A DNA stretch of 48,499 nt from Candidatus Micrarchaeota archaeon (GCA_043827025.1 JBDRPL010000030.1:1-48499); one strand, 5' to 3'. Numbered from the stretch's first letter, positions 1-9,496 are shown. Notes: generated by a model not told the origin, from the letters alone. Made by a program: numbers and translations.

Positions 1-117
1 AGATGATTTGTCTTTGAATTTTCTTATTTTTTTTCTTCTTTTTTTGTATTTTCTATAACATAATTTTTCGACGTATTTGTCAAGCTATTTAAATGTAATC
101 AAACAATTGAAAGAGTT

Positions 118-2211
118 ATGGCTAGTTCTCAAGTGACTGCAAGGCTCAAAAGCAAGATGATTCAAGCAAAGGCCGAAATAAAGAAGATTGTCAATGAATT
201 CGTTTTGTACATTCCAATGATGGAACAGAGCATAACTTTCTGTGACAAAAACGGAAACGAAGTCACATTATATGGAAAAGTCGCTTTTGGAAGCAGCTTT
301 GAAGATGCGATGAAACAAATTCTCGAACAGAATGGGGCAAGATATGGCATCAAGTATTATGAAAGTATTCATATGTCTGGAGTAGACTGGATACAAATAT
401 GCATCGCACAAAATGGACTCGATGCAGTCGTATTAGAATTGCATAATATTCAAGGATATGTCGATGGAGGAATGGCCTGCCAGACAGTACAGGACAAAAT
501 AAAACAGGATCAAAATCTTAAATGGCTTAATTTACAAGAAACTCCGGTACCAAAAGATGGATCAAAACAATTAGTAATAAAAGATGATAGTGGAATGATA
601 AGTGAACTTCCCAATAACACGAAAGACCTTGCCAAAATAAAACCACTAGATGGCAAATGTGTACCGTGTGCAGGCAGTTCGACAGTTCCAGATGCTGATG
701 GAAAATCAGGAGACATAATGATATGTAATATGGGTAATGGAGAGCTAAGCCCATATGCTCAATCAAAAGAAGAAACACAATTCAAAGAAAACGAACTCAA
801 ACTTCAAGACCTAAAAATGGCACCGACCTATCTAGATGCAGGAGATAACTTCCGTCCAACATGTTCTCTGAACCTTCAGCCATCTTTCTGCATAGCAAAC
901 ATGGACACTTCGGCACATGAAGAGTTCCACTTCGTCCCTATTGAAAGCCCGAACTCAGCTCTCCAGAACACGATAAACGTGACTGTGAATGTTCCGCAAT
1001 CTGTGATTGAAGGGGATGCTGGAAAAAAACATTCTGACCATGTTGGGAAAACATCAAAACCTTCCAAGACGTATGTTGTCTATCCTTATACTTACGAAGA
1101 CATACTTGCTTCTCCGCAGCTCAGGAAAATGTATGGTCATCTTATCGGGCTTGTTGATACTGAAGGACAAATAAGCGCAAGACAGAATGGGAAGCCTAAG
1201 GAAACAAACCGAAATGAAGGAACTGCAAAGAAAAACGAAAAAAGGCAAAAACAGACCTCTGCAAAAAAAGCAGAGATTATAGTGCCAAATGAAAGACAGG
1301 GTGCCAAAATATTGCCTTTCCCAAATATGAATAGTTCTAAGAAAGAACCTGACAAAAAAGCAGAAGCTGCCAAAAAAGAAAAAGAAGATACTGTGGAAGA
1401 AATGAAAAAGAAGAAACAGACTACTATAGTGGCTGGAACAAAAGGCCAAGTCATCAAATATACTACAAAGGAAAGAGTCATTGAAAGACTGCGAGAAATG
1501 CAGAACAAACAGATTCTCGAAAGAAAAGAAATCCTCAGAAACGCGCTCAACAAACTGCTGGAAAAGCTCAAAGGAGCGAAAACAGATATGGAAAGGCAAA
1601 ACCTGCAGAGAAGGATAGATGGGATCAAATGGGCGCTTCTCAGGCTGAAGAGGCGACTTCCTGAGCCAAAGCTGAAGAAAGAGCCTACTGAAATTGAAAA
1701 GAAAGAAGAGAAGAAAAAGGCTGTTGTTGGAAAGGCGGTGGCAAAGAAGCCAACTATCAAGACTCCAAAGATAGTAAAGCAAAAACCTGAAAAACAGCAA
1801 AAAGCAAAGGCAACTGAAATTAAAAGGGAAACCAAAGCAGAAAAGAAAAAGAGTGGGAGAATCCAGCAAAAGGCAGAGCAACAAAAGGTCGAGCAGCAAC
1901 AAGTGAAGAAAGCTGTTAAAGCCCAGAGGATAAAGGTCGCTAAGGAGAAAAAGGCGCAAATTAAAAAGAAGGCTAAAAAGCAAAAGATTACCAGGGATGA
2001 AGGATTGAAACGCGCAAAGAAGCATGGGCCGACGGTCCAGCTAGTGAAAGAATCCCAAGCAGAAAAGGTTCCTGATAAAATCGCAGAGATAAAAAAGAAA
2101 CTGAGGGAAAATCTGGAAGACACGGAATTCGGAAGCCCTTTTGAAGCGAACAACCTCAGCTATGTTCTTGGTGCAATTGAAAGCAACCCGAAAAAGAAAA
2201 GGGCAAAATAA
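118..2211 (+). CDS. Hypothetical protein with a very Lys/Glu/Gln-rich, probably disordered or coiled-coil C-terminal half
   Basis: 697-aa ORF; no recognisable family motif. Confidence 0.7.
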   Translation: MASSQVTARLKSKMIQAKAEIKKIVNEFVLYIPMMEQSITFCDKNGNEVTLYGKVAFGSSFEDAMKQILEQNGARYGIKYYESIHMSGVDWIQICIAQNGLDAVVLELHNIQGYVDGGMACQTVQDKIKQDQNLKWLNLQETPVPKDGSKQLVIKDDSGMISELPNNTKDLAKIKPLDGKCVPCAGSSTVPDADGKSGDIMICNMGNGELSPYAQSKEETQFKENELKLQDLKMAPTYLDAGDNFRPTCSLNLQPSFCIANMDTSAHEEFHFVPIESPNSALQNTINVTVNVPQSVIEGDAGKKHSDHVGKTSKPSKTYVVYPYTYEDILASPQLRKMYGHLIGLVDTEGQISARQNGKPKETNRNEGTAKKNEKRQKQTSAKKAEIIVPNERQGAKILPFPNMNSSKKEPDKKAEAAKKEKEDTVEEMKKKKQTTIVAGTKGQVIKYTTKERVIERLREMQNKQILERKEILRNALNKLLEKLKGAKTDMERQNLQRRIDGIKWALLRLKRRLPEPKLKKEPTEIEKKEEKKKAVVGKAVAKKPTIKTPKIVKQKPEKQQKAKATEIKRETKAEKKKSGRIQQKAEQQKVEQQQVKKAVKAQRIKVAKEKKAQIKKKAKKQKITRDEGLKRAKKHGPTVQLVKESQAEKVPDKIAEIKKKLRENLEDTEFGSPFEANNLSYVLGAIESNPKKKRAK

Positions 2212-2214
2212 AGG

Positions 2215-2838
2215 CTACTTTAGTATCTTGCCTGTTTTCATATACCACAAGTAAAGATCTAGTTCTGCCTGGCTTAGGTTTGTCTGAATGCATAGGTCTG
2301 ATAAAAGTTTCTCTAACCTAAGATAATTCTTTGGGCTTAGATTAGGAATCGAATCTATGCTGCCGGATTCCAGCAGGACTTTGAGTATATGCCTGTCAAG
2401 TATGGCCACATTCGCATAACCTACGTTCCTGAGAAAATGTGATGACTCCTTCATCCCAAGGCCAGTTACATTCATTACCAGCCATTCCCTTGCGTTGAAT
2501 TCGTTATTTGGAAGTACGTCTTTTATGTTATGAAATTTTCGTGCATGAACAATATATTTTGCTTTTGTATTATGGAAACGATGCTTGTGCTCCTTTATGG
2601 TTTTCGCAAGCTCGTGCTCTGTCAATGAAACAAACCCCGAATAGCCAAGCTGAGCCTGGATGTTCATTGCCGTCTGCGCCTTTGAATTCGCAGTGAGTAT
2701 GCAAAAACATAACTCGGAAAACCATAATTCATTTCCTTTATAGTGCAAATCTTCGAATAAAGAAATGCAGTGGTTGACCTGTTCAGAAACCTGGGGATTT
2801 TGCTTGAGGCATAGGATTCTATCTAACAGGTCTTGCAT
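2215..2838 (-). CDS. ogg: N-glycosylase/DNA lyase (8-oxoguanine DNA glycosylase, Ogg2 type)
   Basis: SELCFCILTANS, HhH GLGMKESSHFLRNVG, AILDRHI, C-terminal LDLYLWYMKTGKILK. Confidence 0.9.
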   Translation of the reverse strand: MQDLLDRILCLKQNPQVSEQVNHCISLFEDLHYKGNELWFSELCFCILTANSKAQTAMNIQAQLGYSGFVSLTEHELAKTIKEHKHRFHNTKAKYIVHARKFHNIKDVLPNNEFNAREWLVMNVTGLGMKESSHFLRNVGYANVAILDRHILKVLLESGSIDSIPNLSPKNYLRLEKLLSDLCIQTNLSQAELDLYLWYMKTGKILK

Positions 2839-2887
2839 GAGTCAGAATTATAAAACAAAAAAAATAAAAGGTAAATACTAACCAGGA

Positions 2888-3130
2888 TTATGCATAACCG
2901 CCGCATCTTGCGCAGTTGTCCTTTTTGGTCCCAAACCCACAGTCATCGCATAGGCTTGCAGGATGCTTGACAGCTCCTACAAATTTGTGGCATTTTACAC
3001 ATTCATCTGCATTGCAATTGCCGCATATTTTTGCAGGTGACCCCAATGATCCAACCCATTTTCCACACTTTGCGCAGTTGTCCTTTCCCGAACCGAACCC
3101 GCAATCATTACACAAACTTCCTTCTACCAT
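2888..3130 (-). CDS. Small triple zinc-finger protein, PHF5/Rds3-like
   Basis: 80 aa with six CxxC pairs in a 3-fold internal repeat; strong SD (AGGAGGT) upstream of the ATG. Confidence 0.75.
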   Translation of the reverse strand: MVEGSLCNDCGFGSGKDNCAKCGKWVGSLGSPAKICGNCNADECVKCHKFVGAVKHPASLCDDCGFGTKKDNCARCGGYA

Positions 3131-3157
3131 ACAAAAACCTCCTTGTTATTATAAAAT

Positions 3158-3880
3158 CTACTGAAAATTCCTTATCCCACTCTGCGCCTCTTTTGCAACG
3201 CTTTCAACCTTATCCTTTGCAAGGGCCTGGAGCCAAGGAAGATATCTCTTGTCCAATCTTCCGCAGGATGCCTTCGACGCCAGCGTATTTGCAATGCCGT
3301 ACCTGACATCATCATCCTTGTCCTTCAATGCATTCTCGACAGTTTTCCTTGCAGCACCATCACTAAGGAAATTAACCAACGCACAGGCACAACTACGACG
3401 AACCGAAGAATATTGAACAGGTGCATCATCATATGCCTTGGTCAAGGCACCAACAATTGCACGCTCAGCCTTGAAACCTGAAAATCCAAGTGCAAATGCA
3501 ATATTTGCCTTTGAGCCCTCAGGCTCGTCCTTTGCAACCAGCCTCTTCACAAAATAATCCAAGACTTCTTTTCTTTTCTGAACAACTCCACCGAGCTTGA
3601 GTGAAAGGTTGGTCTTTAAGTCTGGATGGCAATCAGGATCCGTGAAAAGCCCGAAATAGAAATCATAGAGTGCCGGGTTGGAACTAAATTGCAATATGCT
3701 CAGAGCAGCCTCTCTTACAGAAACATCCTCTTTAGTGTCCTTGGCAATTACCATAAGATTCTTCTGAATGTCTGGCTGGTCAAATGGCTTCTTATTGTAA
3801 TCCCCAAACTTGTTCAGCTCTTCTATCTTCTGTTCCCTACTCAATTTCCCAAATTTATCAAAAATAGATGTAATTACCAT
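3158..3880 (-). CDS. HEAT-repeat (PBS-lyase/HEAT_2-like) protein
   Basis: VREAALSIL, SKANIAFALG, VRRSCACALV, LKDKDDDVRYGIANTL, LAKDKVESVAKEA; first ATG chosen as start (ORF open to 3919). Confidence 0.75.
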   Translation of the reverse strand: MVITSIFDKFGKLSREQKIEELNKFGDYNKKPFDQPDIQKNLMVIAKDTKEDVSVREAALSILQFSSNPALYDFYFGLFTDPDCHPDLKTNLSLKLGGVVQKRKEVLDYFVKRLVAKDEPEGSKANIAFALGFSGFKAERAIVGALTKAYDDAPVQYSSVRRSCACALVNFLSDGAARKTVENALKDKDDDVRYGIANTLASKASCGRLDKRYLPWLQALAKDKVESVAKEAQSGIRNFQ

Positions 3881-3924
3881 AACCTTAGAATAACAGGTAA
3901 AGCTTAAATAAATTAACAAAATAG

Positions 3925-3975
3925 AAAAACGGGCCTACCCAGAACTTTGTTCAAGTAGGCCGTTTTGTTACAAAA
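3925..3975 (-). repeat. tRNA-Lys 3' trailer element (hairpin, inverted and direct copy of the tRNA 3' end)
   Basis: TTTTGTAACAAAA-CGGCCTAC-TTGAACAAAGTTCTGG-GTAGGCCCG-TTTTT; GGCCCGTTTT duplicated. Confidence 0.7.
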
Positions 3976-4127
3976 CGGGCCCAGCGTGATTTGAACGCGC
4001 GACCTGCGGATTTCACCAACCCCTTGTCTTTCCAAAAGAAAAGAGAGGTAAGAGTCCGACGCTCTACCATATCAGAATGCAAAGCTTCTTGAAAAACAAG
4101 CTTCACATTTAGCTGAGCTATGGGCCC
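3976..4127 (-). tRNA. tRNA-Lys(CUU) with two introns: D-loop (4070-4110, 41 nt) and canonical 37/38 (4012-4048, 37 nt)
   Basis: Spliced form GGGCCCATAGCTCAGCTTGGTAGAGCGTCGGACTCTTAATCCGCAGGTCGCGCGTTCAAATCACGCTGGGCCCG folds as a cloverleaf; BHB helix TCAG/CTGA at the D-loop intron. Confidence 0.9.
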
Positions 4128-4259
4128 AAAAATACAGATGGCACAGAGTGATGCCAAGCTAATTATTGAAGATTTTATATGTACTATATGGATTTTTTAA
4201 ACATTAGGTTGACCCAACATTAGGAAAATTCCGCTGATTTAAAAAAATAACCAAACAAA

Positions 4260-6914
4260 GTGGAATGCATGGATGTTGACAAAAACCAGCTCAGAAAGGA
4301 CTTTGCAAAAGAATGGGAAAAACACTACAAGCTAAAGACCCTCATAGAAAAAGGTTTCAAGAGGCAGAAATGCAAGAAATGTTCAAGAAATTTCTGGAGT
4401 ATGACTGACCGCGAGCTGTGCGGTGATCCGGGGTGCATAGGCTACCAATTCATAGGAAACACCCCTGTAAAGAAAAAACTAAGCTACATTGACACTTGGA
4501 AAACAATTGAAGATTATTTCACCAAACACGGCCATGGACTTGTTAAATCATATCCAACAGTTGCAAGGTGGAGGGATGATCTATATTTCACAATCGCATC
4601 CATAAGCGACTTTCAGCCATATGTCGTTAACGGGGAAATAGATCCTCCTCATAACCCGCTGATAATACCTCAGCACTGCATACGATTCCCCGATATCTCA
4701 AATGTAGGTGTTTCAGGAAGGCACCACACAAATTTCGTCATGATAGGCCAGCATGCATTCAACACAGATAAAACAGGATTGTTCTACTGGAAAGAAGAGG
4801 CACTTGGCCATGATATAGAATGCATGAAAAGGCTTGGTATTCCACAGGAAGAAATCGTATTCATAGAAGATGTCTGGGCAGGGGGAGGGAATTTCGGCCC
4901 TAGCATAGAATACTTTGTCAGAGGGTTGGAACTTGGCAATTGCGTATTCATGCAGTATGAGGTCACCAAAACAGGAAACCGTGAACTGAAAACAAAGGTG
5001 ATAGACATGGGCGCAGGCCTTGAGAGGTTCGCATGGATGACCACTGGCGATCCGACAGGCTATGAAGTCGTCTTCGGACCAGTAATAAAAAACCTGAAGA
5101 AGCACACTGGCATTAAGATAGATGAAAAATTATTCCTGAAATATGCAAAAATATCAGGAAGCCTGAACGAAGATGAAGTGGATGATTTGGAAAAAGAGAA
5201 GGAGATGGTTGCGCAAAAACTGGGCGTATCAAAAAAAGAGCTGTTCGATTCCCTAGAGCCATTGCAGGCATTGTATGCAACCTGCGATCATGTACTCACA
5301 TTGCTTTCAGCAGTGACTGATGGCCTTCTGCCAAGCAATGCCGGCGGAGGTTATAATTTAAGAATGATCACAAGAAGGGTTTTTGGATTCGACGAAGAAT
5401 TCGGATTCAACCTGGATTATGCAAAAATAGTTGAAGACCATGCAAAGCATCTGGAATATCTTTTCCCTGAATTGAAATCAGGCGTAAAGACGACGATAGA
5501 TGTAATAGAAGAGGAAAAGAGAAAATACAAAAACACCAAAGAGAACGCTGCTGGAAAGGTGGCAAGCCTAATAAAGCGAGGCAACAAGGTACACAAGGAA
5601 GAACTCATGAGTATGTACAAGAGCCATGGGATACAGCCTGAATATGTTATTGAAATCGCAAAAAAGAGCAATGTGGAAGTTGAAATGCCTGGCAATTTTT
5701 ACAACCTGGTTAGGGAAAAAGAAAAAGATGAGGTGAAGGAAGAATCTGTGGATATTTCAGAAATGCAGAAGACCCAAGGACATTTTTATACCGAAAAAGA
5801 AAAGTTTGAGGCAAAAATTATAGGAATACTCGGGAAGTACTTGGTGCTTGACCAGACTGCTTTCTACCCAGAAGGTGGTGGCCAGGTAGGGGATTTAGGA
5901 GAAATCAATGGCCAAAAGATCAAGAGTGTAACGAAAAAAGGAGGTGTCATATTGCACGAAGTCGAGGACATCTCAAAATTCAAGAAAGGCCAGACGGTAA
6001 ATGCAATGGTTGATTTGGAAAGAAGAAAAACAATAACAAGGCACCATACTTGTGCCCATATCCTGAATGCAGCTGCAAGAACAGTGCTTGGGCCGCATGT
6101 TTGGCAAGGTGGATCGCATAAGGACGATGACAAGGCGCATTTGGACATTACGCATTACAAAAAGATAACTGCTGAAGAATTGAATCGAATCGAGGTTAAT
6201 GTCAATGAATATATTATTCAAAACCTTCCCATCAAGACAGAAGTACTTGCAAGGGATGTGGCTGAGAAAAGATATGGTTTCAGGCTTTATCAAGGCGGCG
6301 CAGTTCCTGGAAAGGAATTGAGAATAGTGAGCGTAGGCAACATAGATTATGAAGCTTGCGGTGGAACCCACCAAATGCTTAAAACAACTGGAGAGATAGG
6401 TTGCTTCAAGATTGTCAAACGGGAAAGTATACAAGATGGACTTGAACGCATAGTATACAAAGCAGGCATTCCAGCCATCAGATATATTCAAGAGCGTGAA
6501 TCACTTATTACATCCGCATCCTCAATGTTAAGTGTTTCAGAAACAGAGCTTCCTAAGGCAGTTGAAAGGTTCTTCAACGAATGGAAAGAGCAAAGAAAGA
6601 AAATTGAGAGGTTCTCAAAAGGACTTGTCGAAGAGGAAACGAAGATGCTGATCAAAGAAGGAAAGGATAAACCAGTCACAAAGGTGCTGGATTTGGATGC
6701 TGAAACTCTCCGAGAAGTCGCGAAGAAAGTAGCTGAAAGCGAGGCCTCATCCGCAGTCTTGATAAACAAGGCAGGAAATATATTCTGCGCTGTTGGAAAG
6801 AAATCAAAATATAATGCAAATGAACTTCTTAAAGACGCTGTGAAGAAATTCGGTGGAAACGGCGGAGGAAATGAGCAGATTGCAAGCGGAAAGGTTCTGA
6901 AAGTGCCCGAATAG
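4260..6914 (+). CDS. alaS: Alanine--tRNA ligase (archaeal type)
   Basis: YPTVARWRDDLYFTIASISDFQP, GRHHTNFVMIGQHAF, IDMGAGLER, editing domain HHTCAH...ACGGTH; start may be ATG 4269. Confidence 0.97.
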   Translation: MECMDVDKNQLRKDFAKEWEKHYKLKTLIEKGFKRQKCKKCSRNFWSMTDRELCGDPGCIGYQFIGNTPVKKKLSYIDTWKTIEDYFTKHGHGLVKSYPTVARWRDDLYFTIASISDFQPYVVNGEIDPPHNPLIIPQHCIRFPDISNVGVSGRHHTNFVMIGQHAFNTDKTGLFYWKEEALGHDIECMKRLGIPQEEIVFIEDVWAGGGNFGPSIEYFVRGLELGNCVFMQYEVTKTGNRELKTKVIDMGAGLERFAWMTTGDPTGYEVVFGPVIKNLKKHTGIKIDEKLFLKYAKISGSLNEDEVDDLEKEKEMVAQKLGVSKKELFDSLEPLQALYATCDHVLTLLSAVTDGLLPSNAGGGYNLRMITRRVFGFDEEFGFNLDYAKIVEDHAKHLEYLFPELKSGVKTTIDVIEEEKRKYKNTKENAAGKVASLIKRGNKVHKEELMSMYKSHGIQPEYVIEIAKKSNVEVEMPGNFYNLVREKEKDEVKEESVDISEMQKTQGHFYTEKEKFEAKIIGILGKYLVLDQTAFYPEGGGQVGDLGEINGQKIKSVTKKGGVILHEVEDISKFKKGQTVNAMVDLERRKTITRHHTCAHILNAAARTVLGPHVWQGGSHKDDDKAHLDITHYKKITAEELNRIEVNVNEYIIQNLPIKTEVLARDVAEKRYGFRLYQGGAVPGKELRIVSVGNIDYEACGGTHQMLKTTGEIGCFKIVKRESIQDGLERIVYKAGIPAIRYIQERESLITSASSMLSVSETELPKAVERFFNEWKEQRKKIERFSKGLVEEETKMLIKEGKDKPVTKVLDLDAETLREVAKKVAESEASSAVLINKAGNIFCAVGKKSKYNANELLKDAVKKFGGNGGGNEQIASGKVLKVPE

Positions 6915-6953
6915 AAAGAAAAATAAAAAAAAGACACTCGAGCTTCCGGATAT

Positions 6954-7358
6954 TTAGAATTTTATTTCAGCAACATCAAAGAACTTCTGGACCAAAAGTT
7001 TTCCGACTTCTTTATTCTTGAACTCAGGCCTCATTGCTGCAAACTTGTCAGTAAGCTCTGTCCTGGATATCTGCTCTGGTTTGTTCTTCAAATCGTCTAT
7101 GTACTGCGGAGTAATGTTCTGCACCAGTCTGTTGTCAAAATAAACATCAATTCCTTTGCCATCCTTTCTCACGAAAAAAGTGGTCTTATCCGAGATTGCC
7201 TTTGGATTCAGCCCGGCATAGGTATTCGGATTCATTGCCTTGTTCGCAGCATTTCTTGCAGTCGTATTTGCTGCATTTGTTGCGGCAGAAGAGACTGCAC
7301 CAGTCGCACTGTTTGTCGCACCCTTTAAAAGATTGTCCAAAAATCCCATTAAAATCAC
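6954..7358 (-). CDS. Hypothetical protein with Ala/Thr/Asn-rich N-terminus
   Basis: 134-aa ORF in the same-strand run with pgi. Confidence 0.6.
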   Translation of the reverse strand: MILMGFLDNLLKGATNSATGAVSSAATNAANTTARNAANKAMNPNTYAGLNPKAISDKTTFFVRKDGKGIDVYFDNRLVQNITPQYIDDLKNKPEQISRTELTDKFAAMRPEFKNKEVGKLLVQKFFDVAEIKF

Positions 7359-7379
7359 CGTTTAAATTAGGAAGTCAAA

Positions 7380-8093
7380 TTATTTAAAGAGCAGGCTTGG
7401 ATTTTCAAGGAACCTAAACGTATCTGGATTATTATAGAATTCGACCAAGACATCTGAGCACGAAAAATTGTAAAGTTTGTTGAATTTTTCAGGGGTCGCC
7501 TTATTGAATGATTTTACAAGGTACGAAGTGTTCTGCACCAACCCTTCTTTTGTGATGTAATATGCAGCACCTTTCATAGTCTTGAAATCCACATAGACTG
7601 AATCAAACTTGTCACACACTACATTGGAAAGTATTAGCTTTTCATTCCCAGTATTTACAGTCGCATGCCCATAATTTGAAGGAATCAGGAGAACATCCCC
7701 TTTTTTGGCATTGATTATAATGACATCAACTGACCCAGTCATATCCTTTCTTTGAAGCACAAAAGATGCTGAACCATTCAGAACCTGATATATCTCAGGA
7801 TAAGTAAGATTTTTTTCTGCAATAGGATGGTAATGGCCATATGTTTTCACATACTCCCCATTTATAGCCCGGGGAGGAATTAATGTTATGTCAAAGCGCA
7901 TGCCTGAAGCGGAATAAACGCTCCGATACATATAATAAAGGTCAAGATCATTCGCCTCCCCGCTGGAATCCAAAAAGATGGAGCGCATCTCTTTCATATG
8001 CCTAACGGTGTGAGGAATGCTTTTACCATTTACAAGAAGTTCTGTACCTAAGAGTTCGACCTTAATAGGCAATTCATACAAAATCATGTCCAT
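7380..8093 (-). CDS. pgi: Cupin-type glucose-6-phosphate isomerase
   Basis: YVKTYGHYH, YPEIYQVLNG, IPSNYGHATVNTG, KGAAYY; start uncertain (ORF open to 8153). Confidence 0.85.
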   Translation of the reverse strand: MDMILYELPIKVELLGTELLVNGKSIPHTVRHMKEMRSIFLDSSGEANDLDLYYMYRSVYSASGMRFDITLIPPRAINGEYVKTYGHYHPIAEKNLTYPEIYQVLNGSASFVLQRKDMTGSVDVIIINAKKGDVLLIPSNYGHATVNTGNEKLILSNVVCDKFDSVYVDFKTMKGAAYYITKEGLVQNTSYLVKSFNKATPEKFNKLYNFSCSDVLVEFYNNPDTFRFLENPSLLFK

Positions 8094-8475
8094 TCTCCGA
8101 TATAAATTTAAGTTTTCCAAATTCCTTGACCCTTTCAAAGGGCTTGTCAACATATAGCTTTTCCTTTCTTATTTTGTTTGTCAATGCTTTTAAAAAGATA
8201 AGGAAGTCGGATCTTTTGACCTTATTCTTCTCAAATGCATGTTCCAACTTTTTTATAGTCTTGTTTAGATTGACGAAAAACACTGCATTGAGGTATTGAC
8301 TTGATACTGAATTAGTGGAAAGATGCCCATGAATTACTCTTTTGAGGATGTCTACTTCCTTCTTGATCTTCCTCGTTTGATGATCATCCTTCTCGAATTC
8401 AACTGAGAAAACCAGTGCCAGATGAGCAAGAGATTCCCAGGTCTCTCTTTCTAGCAGGTCATAAGAAGAATTCAT
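8074..8475 (-). CDS. Hypothetical protein
   Basis: 133-aa ORF overlapping the pgi start. Confidence 0.6.
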   Translation of the reverse strand: MNSSYDLLERETWESLAHLALVFSVEFEKDDHQTRKIKKEVDILKRVIHGHLSTNSVSSQYLNAVFFVNLNKTIKKLEHAFEKNKVKRSDFLIFLKALTNKIRKEKLYVDKPFERVKEFGKLKFISENGHDFV

Positions 8476-8538
8476 GGGGTCTAATATGAGCAGAAGAGTA
8501 TAAAAATATGACCACGGAGATACACAAAGAATCGCTTT

Positions 8539-9093
8539 CTATATCATTGCTGAACCAATGAACACTTCGGCAATATTCGTTGTTGCATATGCGCCAGTTC
8601 CTCGGACAACCAACTTGACTTCCTCGTATTCTGATTTTTCGTGGATATCCAGGACAAGAAGGCCTGCTTTCACAAGATCCATTTCAACAGGAAAACATTG
8701 GGGGCAAGAAATGTTAACAACACATGCATCGGCAAAAATAGTCAGAACAGGCAGATCATAGCCGTTCCGAAAATCCGGTATTTGCTCATTGCGCAAATAT
8801 GCTACGGCTTGTTTTGCCAAACCAATTAACATACGCATATTAATAACCAAAAGAGAATCTGCATATATCTCAGAAACTCTGGCAAGCGCAGGTTCTAATC
8901 TGTCAGCATATTCTGCAAATCTTGATGAGTTTCCAAGACCATCCTCACCAAAACATGCAATTTGAACTGAAGCTAAACTCGGAATCTCAGGAAAATACTC
9001 TGCCAATTCAGCATCAATTCCCAATCCGCGATCTTTCATTACATGCCTAAAAAGAGCATCCATGGCTCTTCTACGCATTGGACTTTCTTCCAT
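8539..9093 (-). CDS. Hypothetical protein
   Basis: 184-aa ORF, no recognised motif. Confidence 0.55.
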   Translation of the reverse strand: MEESPMRRRAMDALFRHVMKDRGLGIDAELAEYFPEIPSLASVQIACFGEDGLGNSSRFAEYADRLEPALARVSEIYADSLLVINMRMLIGLAKQAVAYLRNEQIPDFRNGYDLPVLTIFADACVVNISCPQCFPVEMDLVKAGLLVLDIHEKSEYEEVKLVVRGTGAYATTNIAEVFIGSAMI

Positions 9094-9180
9094 AGGTTTA
9101 GCTGGAAGAGCCGGATGGCGGCATGAAAAGAATCGAGTCCGTAAGCGCTGTATAAAATCACCAAGATAAATGAAAAAAGA

Positions 9181-9382
9181 TAGCCCTAACCGGATTTCCA
9201 GTTTTCTTTGGTGCGCCTAGCTTTCTTTTTTAAAAGAAAGGTGGGCATTCGAACCGATGTCCTGGGGACCAGAACCCCATATCCTTGACCATTGTCCAAG
9301 CAGGCGAAGAACTCGACTGCCTTTTGATTAAACTTTTGGCATGGTAAATCCAGAAGCCAAAAGTTTACTAGACGATAGGGCT
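9181..9382 (-). tRNA. tRNA-Gln(CUG) with two non-canonical introns: about 15/16 (9292-9367, 76 nt) and 59/60 (9195-9247, 53 nt)
   Basis: Spliced form AGCCCTATCGTCTAGTGGTCAAGGATATGGGGTTCTGGTCCCCAGGACATCGGTTCGAATCCGGTTAGGGCTA; BHB-like helices GTCT/GGAC and TTCG/TGGA. Confidence 0.88.
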
Positions 9383-9496
9383 ATCAACCTGAACCTATTG
9401 AGTCCAAGCTTTAACAAGCCACAATTTGGCCTGCCATCTGGAAAGAGAATATAGCACAGAAAGAAATAAAAGCTTAGATTCTTTGATACTAGTCGT

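Noticed and set aside
1054..2153. Long minus-strand Phe/Leu-rich ORFs (323 and 338 aa)
   Set aside because: Antisense shadows of the Lys-rich gene 118-2211
3951..4157. Small ORFs over tRNA loci (also 9328-9537 and 39867-40097)
   Set aside because: They coincide with tRNA genes and have no protein motifs
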